Origin: a virus | Length of the DNA stretch: 64,000 bases | IMG/VR virus record: IMGVR_UViG_3300050509_000438 | Coordinates: 14,416-78,415 of that record | Reading direction: 5' to 3' (one strand) | Shown here: positions 35,417 to 43,412 of the stretch, piece after piece | How the letters are laid out: each line of letters starts with the position of its first letter | Numbering within the stretch: position 1 is the first letter of the stretch | Made by a program: the position numbers and the translations under genes | The notes under the pieces: model-generated | The model's input: the letters and a program-made list of their open reading frames with translations, nothing else | Told to the model about the DNA's origin: nothing | Databases searched by the model: none

Positions 35417-35562
35417 GGTCACACCCTCAGCTCAACCACTCCTTCCGCCAGTAAGGTATTCCACCTCACCCTGAGCACGTAACACCGCAGACGCACGGGT
35501 ATAGTAGGAAATAATAATTTAATGCCATACTTTGGTGTCACTTAATCACCCCACAACACTCT

Positions 35563-35748
35563 ATGGCTAAAGAGGAACCACGGGTACAGATGCGTCTGTC
35601 TCCTCCCAAAACTCTTCACAAAAAAATAGTCGCTTATCAAAAACTTCGAAGCATCGGCACCGATGAAGATCTCTCTCTAAGAGAGGCTGCTTATGAGCTC
35701 TGGCAGAAGGCTCTCGACTCCATTCCTGCTATTAAAGAAGTCGCTTAA
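35563..35748 (+). CDS. Hypothetical small protein
   Basis: 61-aa ORF. Confidence 0.45.
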   Translation: MAKEEPRVQMRLSPPKTLHKKIVAYQKLRSIGTDEDLSLREAAYELWQKALDSIPAIKEVA

Positions 35749-35763
35749 CCCCAGCCCTGCGCC

Positions 35764-36051
35764 ATGGAAGATATTATCTGTAAGCGTTGTGGCTCCGTCA
35801 ACGATTTCTCTGCCACACCATCAGGTCCTCACCTGAAAGCTACCTGCAATAAGTGTGGCCAGTACATAAAATTCCTGCCTCAACAACAAACAAAACCAAC
35901 CCTTTACTTCGGGAAATACCGCGGCCGCGAGATCTCGTCCATGAATTCCGAGGAGGATCTGCGCTACCTGCAATGGCTTATATCGCAACCCGATCTAAAA
36001 CCAAAGCTTAAGACCGATATTCAGTTCCAACTCAAACGCCTTGGTAAGTGA
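35764..36051 (+). CDS. Zn-ribbon + DUF3820-like protein
   Basis: CKRCGS...CNKCGQ, then YFGKYRGREISSM...LRYLQWL (the FGKYKG...YL-W pattern of DUF3820). Overlaps the primase gene start. Confidence 0.5.
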   Translation: MEDIICKRCGSVNDFSATPSGPHLKATCNKCGQYIKFLPQQQTKPTLYFGKYRGREISSMNSEEDLRYLQWLISQPDLKPKLKTDIQFQLKRLGK

Positions 36052-38009
36052 GTACCGCCGAAACAGCAAATCGCCTCATAGAATGCGGGATGTCGGTGAT
36101 CCCCATCCAGATGCCAAGCAAGGTTCCTACTGTAAAAGCATGGCATCAGTTCCAGCAGCATCCACCAGCCCCGGGGGAGCTTACTTTCAACGGAGGAATG
36201 GCGATGATCTGCGGAAAAGCCTACAATCTGGAGTGTCTCGACATCGATTTGAAGTACGATATGACCGGAACCCTGCTTCAGCGCTTCCAGGATGCGCTCG
36301 GAGAGCTATGGGAACACCTGGAACCGCTGATTTTGATACAGCAGACCGTAAAAGGAGGCGTTCACCTGGTTTACCGGTGCAAAGAGGTCGGAAACAACGA
36401 AAAACTAGCCTCCAGGCCCACTACAGAGGCCGAAAAAGCCTTAAATCCAGGCGAAAAATGCAAGGTTTTGCTCGAAACCCGTGGTGAAGGCGGTTATTTC
36501 GTCATCAGCCCAACCCCCGGCTATGAGGTCCTCCAGGGATCCTTCGAAAACATCGGCTGGATCACCCCGGACCAGCGCCGGCAGCTCCTTGATGCCGCAA
36601 AATCACTCAATGAGTACTGGGAAGAGGTCTCTGTGCGCCCCACTCGCAAAGTTCAGGAGGCCGCCGGAGGTCTGCGGTCATGGGAGGACTACGACCGGAA
36701 GGCGGATGTTGCCGCCCTCCTCGAAAAACACGGCTGGACCTACGTCCGGTCCAATGCCAGGCAGCAGTTTTGGAAGCGGCCCGGCTCAACCGACAGCCTC
36801 TGGAGCGCATCCTACCACCCGGAGCTCAACCTGTTCTATGTCTACAGCTCCTCGGTAGCTGATTTATCCGCAGGCAAGGCATATACGCCCAGCGCGCTGC
36901 TCGCCCACCTGGAGTTCAAAGGCGACTTTGAGTCCATGGCCCGCGATCTCTTCCGCCTGGGATACGGTGATCATACCAAAACCCCTCAAAAACCATCAAA
37001 TCAGCCCAATTTGCCAGGCGGGTCACCCGTCAGCCTAGCTCCCGCGCAGCGCAATCAGCCTACCGATGCACCTGACCAGGAAGCCATGAAAGCCATTTGG
37101 CGCGAGGTGCTGGTCACCAGCGAGCCTCCGGAAGATGTGGTCCTGCTCCAGATCCAGAACGTGCCGGTCGCCACCCTGGGCAACCACTCGCTCCTGATCG
37201 GGAAGAAGAAGTCCCGCAAGACCCTCTTCATCTCCTGGCTCATCAGCCAGTATCAAGGCCAGATCGATACCGATATCATGCTCTTCGACACCGAGCAGGG
37301 ACGCCGTCACGTATGGCGCCTGCGCGAGAAGATATACCAGCTTACCGGCGTTTACATCCCCACGTTCTACCTGCGTGGCAAGAGCCTGGAGGAACGCCGC
37401 CAGATCATCGACGGCACATTGAAACACTGGCCTACCAGGCCCCGCATCATCATCATCGACGGTATCCGCGACCTGATCTCCAACATCAACGATCCCGACC
37501 AGTCAACAGACCTTATCCTCTGGCTTGAGCGCTTGATCCTATCCTATAACATACACGTAGTCAACGTACTGCACATCAACAAGACCGACAACAACGCCCG
37601 CGGGCACATCGGCTCAGAGCTCCTCAACAAGGCTGAGATCACGATCGAGCTCGAGAAAGACGAAGCCTCCGGCTCCACGATCGTCAAATGCGAGTCGAGT
37701 CGTGACAAGCCCTTCGAGGACTTCTCCTTCACTCACGGTGATGATGACCTGCCGGTGCTCTGTTCCCTGCCGGTCAGAGGCCAGGTATTACCAGAAAGCG
37801 AACGACGCATACGCCTGCAGGCAGCCTTTGACGGACGCATGCTCAAATACTCCGAAGCCGTCGAAGAGATCAAAGCCCAGTTCGGCGTGGGCCGAGATAA
37901 AGCAAGAACCCTGATAGCGGAGTTCCACCGGAAAGGATGGCTCATCAAAGTGGGGGCAACAGAAGGCAAAAACTCAAACCAGAACGTGACCTACAAACTC
38001 ATGATATAA
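36048..38009 (+). CDS. Bifunctional primase-polymerase / P-loop (RepA/DnaB-like) helicase
   Basis: 653 aa. The N-terminus has MSVIPIQMPSKVPTVKAWHQF, CLDIDLKY, GGVHLVYRC and ETRGEGGYFVISP (Prim-Pol layout). The C-terminus has LLIGKKKSRKTLF (P-loop-like), RIIIIDGIRDL (Walker B) and VLHINKTDNNARGH. Confidence 0.75.
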   Translation: MSTAETANRLIECGMSVIPIQMPSKVPTVKAWHQFQQHPPAPGELTFNGGMAMICGKAYNLECLDIDLKYDMTGTLLQRFQDALGELWEHLEPLILIQQTVKGGVHLVYRCKEVGNNEKLASRPTTEAEKALNPGEKCKVLLETRGEGGYFVISPTPGYEVLQGSFENIGWITPDQRRQLLDAAKSLNEYWEEVSVRPTRKVQEAAGGLRSWEDYDRKADVAALLEKHGWTYVRSNARQQFWKRPGSTDSLWSASYHPELNLFYVYSSSVADLSAGKAYTPSALLAHLEFKGDFESMARDLFRLGYGDHTKTPQKPSNQPNLPGGSPVSLAPAQRNQPTDAPDQEAMKAIWREVLVTSEPPEDVVLLQIQNVPVATLGNHSLLIGKKKSRKTLFISWLISQYQGQIDTDIMLFDTEQGRRHVWRLREKIYQLTGVYIPTFYLRGKSLEERRQIIDGTLKHWPTRPRIIIIDGIRDLISNINDPDQSTDLILWLERLILSYNIHVVNVLHINKTDNNARGHIGSELLNKAEITIELEKDEASGSTIVKCESSRDKPFEDFSFTHGDDDLPVLCSLPVRGQVLPESERRIRLQAAFDGRMLKYSEAVEEIKAQFGVGRDKARTLIAEFHRKGWLIKVGATEGKNSNQNVTYKLMI

Positions 38010-38011
38010 CA

Positions 38012-38171
38012 GCTAGGCTGGCGCTAGGCGGCAGCTAGGCTAGCCTACCCCCTAGAAGCTGTGTCGCTAGGCGGGCGGGCTAGGCTATATGTAGCCTACC
38101 CGCCTAGCAGCCTAGCTCGTTTCAGCCCAGTTAAAAAAACACCCGCTAGGCTGAACAACTTTCAGCCTAGC
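38012..38171. repeat. Iteron array, candidate replication origin
   Basis: The 7-mer GCTAGGC occurs at 38012, 38023, 38034, 38066, 38079 and 38145. Its complement GCCTAGC occurs at 38102, 38110 and 38165. TAGCCTACCC occurs twice (38041, 38092). An A-tract lies at 38133-38139. The array begins immediately after the primase/helicase stop. Confidence 0.6.
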
Positions 38172-38189
38172 TAACAAACCAACAGAACC

Positions 38190-38531
38190 ATGAAACTCAC
38201 CGACCTGATCAAACCCAAGCCACTGTCCCCAGGTGGTCTGACCCCCAAACAACTCCGCCTCCTCCAATCCCTCGACCCCGAGGTTCTGGCCATCCTCGAT
38301 CTCACACCCGTCCCAAGCCAGGAGTTCAAAACCAACCAGGCTATTGCCGCCCGCGTGGAACAGTGGATCGAAGAGGCCCGAAATAAGCCCGTGGTTAAAC
38401 GAACGATCTCAAAGGGGTATCAATCCACCAACCCCTGGGTGATCGTCGATCTGAGTGGCCTTCCTGAAAGCGACAGACCCATGCGTGGTTGGCAGTGTAT
38501 GGCCGGAAAGACGATTCGCGCTCCGTTCTGA
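38190..38531 (+). CDS. Hypothetical protein
   Basis: 113-aa ORF. Confidence 0.5.
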   Translation: MKLTDLIKPKPLSPGGLTPKQLRLLQSLDPEVLAILDLTPVPSQEFKTNQAIAARVEQWIEEARNKPVVKRTISKGYQSTNPWVIVDLSGLPESDRPMRGWQCMAGKTIRAPF

Positions 38532-38568
38532 TGGAATTACGTAGAAATCTACGTACAAAGGCACCCGC

Positions 38569-38611
38569 TGTAAAAATCCCTTGACAACCAGGCACAGGGT
38601 GACTACCTTAG
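38569..38611 (+). promoter_or_regulatory. Promoter-like composite
   Basis: TGTAAAAAT (38569-77), ccc, TTGACA (38581-86), 17 nt, TACCTTAG (38604-11), 4 nt, ATG at 38616. Confidence 0.45.
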
Positions 38612-38615
38612 CGTC

Positions 38616-39062
38616 ATGAGAAACCCAAGATACCTCTTCATCGCAATCGTACTCTGCCTGACATTCTGGGTAACAGTATGGAGCTGCGCATGTGCGCCAG
38701 GCGGCACCCCCTCCCCCCGGTCGAGCTCGCCAGGGCAAACGGAATTTTGCGACCCCAGGGGTCCGCTTTTCTCTGATCGTTTTTTTCAAGCATTATGCTT
38801 ATCCCAGGATCCGGCTGGAGTTAAACTAATTCTGCGATCAGCCTCAAACAGCGCAGTGCAGCCATCGTTTGGTAATGTGTGTGCTATCTTTGCATGGGAG
38901 AATAGTCCCGGAAACCGTTCGTCAACCCGGACTGTACGTAGTTGCGATGATGCCAAATATAATTTGGTTGGTGTGTTACCGCACACAAACACTCATAATC
39001 GACTGTTAAATACGAATTGGCTCGTAGTATTCCACATAATGACAGTATTCAGGTCTGCGTAG
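38616..39062 (+). CDS. Doubtful ORF; possibly only a short signal-peptide protein or a non-coding transcript
   Basis: 148-aa ORF with a hydrophobic N-terminus (YLFIAIVLCLTFWVTVWSCAC) but implausible downstream composition. A hairpin + T-run lies inside it at about 38749-38785. Confidence 0.25.
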   Translation: MRNPRYLFIAIVLCLTFWVTVWSCACAPGGTPSPRSSSPGQTEFCDPRGPLFSDRFFQALCLSQDPAGVKLILRSASNSAVQPSFGNVCAIFAWENSPGNRSSTRTVRSCDDAKYNLVGVLPHTNTHNRLLNTNWLVVFHIMTVFRSA

Positions 39063-39072
39063 TAATACCTAC

Positions 39073-39519
39073 ATGTCAATAGATTTTTACACTTATAATC
39101 TGATCTTCCGGCGGGCTTCTTTCCCTTCTTATTCCAAGTTTCGTGTAAACAAATTTGAGCTTACTATGCTTTGTCAGCTCAACGGGTTTTTGCGGTTTAA
39201 GAACGTTGTGATAGTGAGCAAGACGGAACTGTTTGATGTTATAACAAACAATGGGACGGAGAAAGCAAAGATGGCGGGTTATTACACTGGTTTGTTGACA
39301 AAGGGCATGATTGGAGAGTATGAATATATTTCACAGCCAGGTTCAACAAGTGTTGGGTTGTCAGATCTTGGGGTTAGCGTGCTTAAGCAGTTCGAGCACG
39401 AACTGCGATTGCTTGCCGATCGGTATAGATGTAGTCCGTTGCGGGTTGGTGTTGATACCGCGGCACCAACACCGGCGAGCGCACCGCGGCACACGCCAAA
39501 GCAGCAATCCGCGGCATGA
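39073..39519 (+). CDS. Hypothetical protein (possible winged-helix)
   Basis: 148-aa ORF. FELTMLCQLNGFL...VSKTELFDVI resembles a MarR-like wHTH (weak). Confidence 0.45.
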   Translation: MSIDFYTYNLIFRRASFPSYSKFRVNKFELTMLCQLNGFLRFKNVVIVSKTELFDVITNNGTEKAKMAGYYTGLLTKGMIGEYEYISQPGSTSVGLSDLGVSVLKQFEHELRLLADRYRCSPLRVGVDTAAPTPASAPRHTPKQQSAA

Positions 39520-39692
39520 GTCGTGACCCTTCCACATATTACCCTCCTTTACGCTTCGAGCATGTATCCAAGCACAACCCAAAGACCTCAAAGTATGCTG
39601 GTGTGTTCATTCACCGGGTTTATAGCAGGGAGTTGCCGTTTGTTGCGATCAAGATCTTTAAAGGTGTTGTAAAGCACTCATCAGCGAATTGA
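39516..39692 (+). CDS. AP2-like DNA-binding domain fragment (58 aa, below track cutoff)
   Basis: Own translation gives MSRDPSTYYPPLRFEHVSKHNPKTSKYAGVFIHRVYSRELPFVAIKIFKG... The SKY-x-GV...A-x-I pattern is AP2-like. ATGA overlap with the upstream stop. Confidence 0.35.
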   Translation: MSRDPSTYYPPLRFEHVSKHNPKTSKYAGVFIHRVYSRELPFVAIKIFKGVVKHSSAN

Positions 39693-39703
39693 TCGATAAT
39701 ACA

Positions 39704-39733
39704 AGAGCCCGACCTATTTAGCCGGGCTCTTTC
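39704..39733 (+). terminator. Rho-independent terminator
   Basis: AGAGCCCG-acctatttagc-CGGGCTCT followed by TTCAATTT. Confidence 0.55.
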
Positions 39734-39928
39734 AATTTAACTTACAGGTGTTTGCGGTGTGTTCCTTGAACAGGGGCCGCAATAGTTTACTTGCGCATAA
39801 TCGTATTTGTTTGGTGTGTTTGCGTCCCTATGGCCATTGCCAGGAGGATGCGTGTTCATTGCCTATCAGGTCCAAATATAGTATTTTCTGTTCATGTAAA
39901 AAAAATTTTACAGAATTGTTGCTCGGTA

Positions 39929-39949
39929 TGTAAAAATGTGTTTACTTTG
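39929..39949 (+). promoter_or_regulatory. Promoter-like boxes
   Basis: TGTAAAAAT (39929-37), gtgt, TTACTTTG (39942-49), 21 nt, ATG at 39971. A degenerate TGTAAAAAA copy lies at 39895. Confidence 0.4.
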
Positions 39950-39970
39950 AGGTATCAAACAACGACAAAT

Positions 39971-40150
39971 ATGAACACCACACAACGAGCAATCGAAGCT
40001 GGGCTAACCTTCAAGCGCCTTGAAAAGGCTGAAGGTGCTGTGACTGCAAACACGATCAGCGCCTATAAGGTATTCAATACCCTGATCAACGGACTGACCG
40101 ATCAGGAGAAAGAATTCATCAACAAAGAGGTGCGCCGGTTGAACAAATAA
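39971..40150 (+). CDS. Hypothetical small protein
   Basis: In-frame ATG (MNTTQRAIEAG...) inside track ORF 39791-40150. It shares the leader AACAACGACAAAT with the next gene. Confidence 0.45.
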   Translation: MNTTQRAIEAGLTFKRLEKAEGAVTANTISAYKVFNTLINGLTDQEKEFINKEVRRLNK

Positions 40151-40180
40151 CGGATAGGCTAACATAAACAACAACGACAA

Positions 40181-40714
40181 ATGAAAATCAAGACAATCAC
40201 ACTTCACCAGTTCAATGAGCTGGAGGGCAAGGCCAGAGAAAAGGCATTGCAAAAACATTCCGATATTAATGTGAATTATGAATGGTGGGATTATACCTAC
40301 GATGATGCCGCACGTATCGGTCTGAAGATATCCGAATTCGATCCGGATCATTATTGCAAAGGGAAATTACAAATCTCGTTGTGTGAAGTTTGCGACAAGA
40401 TCAAGACCGAATACGGTGAGCAGTGCGATACGTACAAACTGGCTGACGAGTACCTCACTAAATGGGCTGAGCTTGTCAAAAAATACTCTTACGGGGTCAA
40501 TATTGATCAGGTGGCTGAGGACAAAGAATATGAATTTGATCAGGAGGCCGACGAGATGGAGGAAGATTTCCTCAAAGATCTTTGTGAAGAGTATCGCATC
40601 ATCCTGCGTAAGGAGTATGAATATCTGACCAGTGAAGAGGCTATTGTTGAAACGCTGGAATCAAACGGGTATTATTTCGATGAAGATGGCAACATTGAAA
40701 CACCAGACGCATGA
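40181..40714 (+). CDS. Acidic conserved hypothetical protein
   Basis: 177 aa, D/E-rich. The N-terminal HQFNELEGKAREKAL...YEWWDYTYDD and C-terminal LTSEEAIVETLESNGYYFDEDG are patterns I recognise from plasmid/phage proteins of unknown function. Confidence 0.55.
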   Translation: MKIKTITLHQFNELEGKAREKALQKHSDINVNYEWWDYTYDDAARIGLKISEFDPDHYCKGKLQISLCEVCDKIKTEYGEQCDTYKLADEYLTKWAELVKKYSYGVNIDQVAEDKEYEFDQEADEMEEDFLKDLCEEYRIILRKEYEYLTSEEAIVETLESNGYYFDEDGNIETPDA

Positions 40715-41043
40715 AAACTCAACACACACCCGGACCGTGGGAAGTGCACCCCCATTATGAATCTGTTTACGCATCAGGAAAACGGATTTGTATAATCGTC
40801 CCACAAGGTGGGAGTTTAAAACCTTTTGACAAAGAGAACGCTTTGCTGATCGCCGCCGCCCCCGAAACAGCAGCCGAAAGGGATAGGCTGAAGGAAATCA
40901 ATAGTGGGCTATTGAATGCTCTGGAGAACCTTTGTCAGCAGGTGGCGCGTGATTGCTCAATCAGCAGTGACACGAAGTATTTTGAACTTTTTCAACGGCA
41001 TCAGGAAGCATTGCAAGCGATCAAAAAAGCAAAACAACAATAA
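40711..41043 (+). CDS. Hypothetical protein
   Basis: 110-aa ORF with a 4-nt overlap. Confidence 0.5.
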   Translation: MKTQHTPGPWEVHPHYESVYASGKRICIIVPQGGSLKPFDKENALLIAAAPETAAERDRLKEINSGLLNALENLCQQVARDCSISSDTKYFELFQRHQEALQAIKKAKQQ

Positions 41044-41064
41044 CCACGGCGGCAAGCCGGTAAT

Positions 41065-41442
41065 ATGACAACGACGAAAGAAACAATGAGAGATGTATTG
41101 CAGCCCACCCTCAACAATATTGAAATCGAGGGCTTAACGGCTATGTTCAACGAGTTTTTCAATGATTACTGTGAGCAACACGGCGCGGAACAGGCAAAAG
41201 CTGGGTTCTTTTATTGTAACGGTCATTTGCAAAGTGAAGATGATGCCAACGGAACGCCTATCCACTTCGAGGGTCTTAAAGTAAGCTATTTAGGCAAGCG
41301 TAAAGACGGTGATCTGACGTATGTTATTCTTGAGGATAGCAAAGGTAATGAACGGCTATGTGAGTTTAATCAGTACAATGGGCAATGGCACCTATTCAAC
41401 AAGCAATGGACGAAAATTGTGAAGTCCGGTAAAACCTTTTAA
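41065..41442 (+). CDS. Hypothetical protein
   Basis: 125-aa ORF. Confidence 0.5.
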   Translation: MTTTKETMRDVLQPTLNNIEIEGLTAMFNEFFNDYCEQHGAEQAKAGFFYCNGHLQSEDDANGTPIHFEGLKVSYLGKRKDGDLTYVILEDSKGNERLCEFNQYNGQWHLFNKQWTKIVKSGKTF

Positions 41443-41452
41443 ACTTACTCCC

Positions 41453-41839
41453 ATGACACGCGCACAATACGAACAACTATTCAAGACCGGTATTGAGATC
41501 AACCTCCCGGCCAACGACAAGCCTGCTTTACGCGAAGCTTGGAATAATAATATTGATGCCCTGGTAAAAGAGGGAACACTCCCCGACCGTGCCCGAGACT
41601 GGTCACACCCGCGAAGGTTCTACCCATACGGATCCACAGAGAACCCCTTGCGTAACCATAAACGTAAGACCCGGGACGAATACCAGGTACACGGATGTTA
41701 TGCCCACGGTTGGGAGGAAGTAACAGCAGAGGACACACGCGCTGAAGCCAAACAGAGGCTTAAGGAGTACAGAGAGAACGAGCCAGGCACGGCCTTCAGG
41801 CTTGTGCGCAAGCGCGTGCCGCTGGCCGTCATAGCATGA
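41453..41839 (+). CDS. Hypothetical protein
   Basis: 128-aa ORF. Confidence 0.5.
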   Translation: MTRAQYEQLFKTGIEINLPANDKPALREAWNNNIDALVKEGTLPDRARDWSHPRRFYPYGSTENPLRNHKRKTRDEYQVHGCYAHGWEEVTAEDTRAEAKQRLKEYRENEPGTAFRLVRKRVPLAVIA

Positions 41840-41969
41840 AAAGGCGACACCGGTTCAACTCCGGCGCTCTCTGGGTTGCGTGTGGTCGATTAGCGCAGGC
41901 GGTAATGGGTTGTTACCGTGGCAATTTGGTGCCAGATCGCAGAGAGCAATTTTTATAGCAAACTAAATT

Positions 41970-41987
41970 TATATATATATATATATA
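41970..41987. repeat. (TA)9 dinucleotide microsatellite
   Basis: tatatatatatatatata read directly, 5 nt upstream of the ATG at 41993. Confidence 0.9.
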
Positions 41988-41992
41988 GGATT

Positions 41993-42181
41993 ATGAGAAG
42001 ATCAAAACAGCATGCGTATTATGTTGGTAATCAATTTCCTGATAGGGTTGGTCAGATGGTGATAGTTAAAAATAGAATTGGAAGCTCATCAGCCTTTGAT
42101 GTTGTATTTACAGAAGATCAAAAACAGCATGAATGCAATAGAAGTTTTTTAATTCCAACCACATTGAATAGAAAAATATAG
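41993..42181 (+). CDS. Hypothetical small protein
   Basis: In-frame ATG (MRRSKQHAYYVGNQF...) of track ORF 41918-42181. AT-rich segment. Confidence 0.4.
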   Translation: MRRSKQHAYYVGNQFPDRVGQMVIVKNRIGSSSAFDVVFTEDQKQHECNRSFLIPTTLNRKI

Positions 42182-42288
42182 GGAGCCTATCCTACCCCGT
42201 GGATCTTTCGTCGTTGTTAGTCCACGGGGTTATTTTAAACAACGGCCACGTGTCCCGGTGATCAGGGGCGCAAACTAAAATTGGAATA

Positions 42289-42768
42289 ATGAACACAACA
42301 TCAGAAGACATAATAACATCTAACGCTATCGAGCAAACTGTTTGCTCTCCAATGCACAAAGCCCCCCGTGAACCAATGACACCGGACTTAACACAATTCA
42401 TGATGCAATGTATGCTTAGTGAAATGAAAGTGTTAACAGAGGACGAAAAACCGTTCCTAGATAAACTGATCGAAAAGCGTGTGCAGCACTGCTTTAAGTA
42501 CACACTCGAACCTAAGTTGATCCTATTTCTGGCAATTCTCTGTAAAAGCCCTGGTAATTGCGTGCTTTATCTATGGTATCTTCAAATGATCAGTCGGGAT
42601 GAAAAGATAATGCATTTCACAGTCGAAAAAATTTGTGAAGTGTTCCCGGTCGGGTTTCTCTCTGAAAGTTCATTGCGTGAAATATGGAATAGCCAAAAAG
42701 TTTCATGGAGAGGCAGCGATAATATGGTAGACCATCAGCAGGCAGGGGCGTCATTGTTAGCAAACTAA
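42289..42768 (+). CDS. Hypothetical protein
   Basis: 159-aa ORF ending in ...LLAN-stop within a GCAAACTAA motif. Confidence 0.45.
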   Translation: MNTTSEDIITSNAIEQTVCSPMHKAPREPMTPDLTQFMMQCMLSEMKVLTEDEKPFLDKLIEKRVQHCFKYTLEPKLILFLAILCKSPGNCVLYLWYLQMISRDEKIMHFTVEKICEVFPVGFLSESSLREIWNSQKVSWRGSDNMVDHQQAGASLLAN

Positions 42769-42770
42769 TT

Positions 42771-42887
42771 ATGGACCTCCTAAAATTCATCTTCGCTGAT
42801 CCCTTTACCTTCATAGGCGTCATTGTGCTGCTGCTGGTAATATTCGAAGGCTGTGCAGAGATCATTAGAGCGATACGTAAAAAATAA
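42771..42887 (+). CDS. 38-aa single-TM micro-protein (below track cutoff)
   Basis: Own translation gives MDLLKFIFADPFTFIGVIVLLLVIFEGCAEIIRAIRKK. The ATG follows GCAAACTAATT. Confidence 0.35.
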   Translation: MDLLKFIFADPFTFIGVIVLLLVIFEGCAEIIRAIRKK

Positions 42888-42895
42888 AAAGCATT

Positions 42896-43015
42896 ATGAA
42901 AGCACAAGACATTATAGATTTGATTTGGGCCGCCTGTCATGCAGTAGAGATTGGCCTTCTTTTGGGCGTAGTGGGATTGCTGAATGACATCAAGAAAGAT
43001 AAACCCGCAAACTAA
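42896..43015 (+). CDS. 39-aa single-TM micro-protein (below track cutoff)
   Basis: Own translation gives MKAQDIIDLIWAACHAVEIGLLLGVVGLLNDIKKDKPAN. The stop lies inside GCAAACTAA. Confidence 0.35.
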   Translation: MKAQDIIDLIWAACHAVEIGLLLGVVGLLNDIKKDKPAN

Positions 43016-43412
43016 TTTTATGACCTATGCAACAAGACTATTTCTTTCAATCATCCACCGGCTGGAACATTGGTTGGTACGGATACAATCAGTATCACTT
43101 CGATACCTACGAAGAGGCCGAACTGTTCGCCCGCTACTGGAATGTGCGCGTACCTTCTACCAGCTCAAGAGGTTAGAGCGTGTAGTGTACCTCGATGGCG
43201 CGTGGACTTACTTCTGGCGCTATAGCCAGACTCCTACGTTTGCCACCCCGGAAAACCTGGTCATGCGCTGCAGGCTCCGGGCAAAGCTCGACACGGATCG
43301 GCGTTGCAATATACAGGAGCGCCGCTGGCATACAGAGTATGTGAAGGAGTGGGGTGAGATCAGCTATAGGGAGACGCTGGATCCTGTGGGACAGCGGTGG
43401 AGTAGTAATTAA
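42984..43412 (+). CDS. Hypothetical protein, probably split across two frames
   Basis: The 3-prime two-thirds of the track ORF look protein-like (VVYLDGAWTYFWRYSQTPTF...). The 5-prime third looks like mirror-frame junk, whereas the alternative frame 43027-43176 reads MQQDYFFQSSTGWNIGWYGYNQYHFDTYEEAELFARYWN. Confidence 0.35.
   Translation: MTSRKINPQTNFMTYATRLFLSIIHRLEHWLVRIQSVSLRYLRRGRTVRPLLECARTFYQLKRLERVVYLDGAWTYFWRYSQTPTFATPENLVMRCRLRAKLDTDRRCNIQERRWHTEYVKEWGEISYRETLDPVGQRWSSN

Noticed and set aside
36041-37528. Several 125-148-aa alternative-frame and antisense ORFs within the primase-helicase gene
   Set aside because: They are explained by high GC content (few stop codons). The main frame carries the Prim-Pol and P-loop motifs.
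38550-38939. Possible invertible promoter (inverton): CTACGTACA at 38550 and its reverse complement at 38931, flanking a promoter-containing 375-bp segment
   Set aside because: The inverted repeat is only about 9 bp, and I estimate that on the order of a hundred such pairs would occur by chance in a 64-kb window. The serine recombinase is 6 kb away. It should not be called without read evidence of inversion.
41846-41880. tRNA T-arm-like sequence (CCGGTTCAACTCCGG) as a possible attP core
   Set aside because: No acceptor, D or anticodon arms surround it. It directly follows a CDS stop, and no integrase is adjacent.
42192-42503. 103-aa minus-strand ORF
   Set aside because: It is a lone antisense ORF overlapping the plus-strand 159-aa gene in a uniformly plus-strand region, with no promoter-like boxes.
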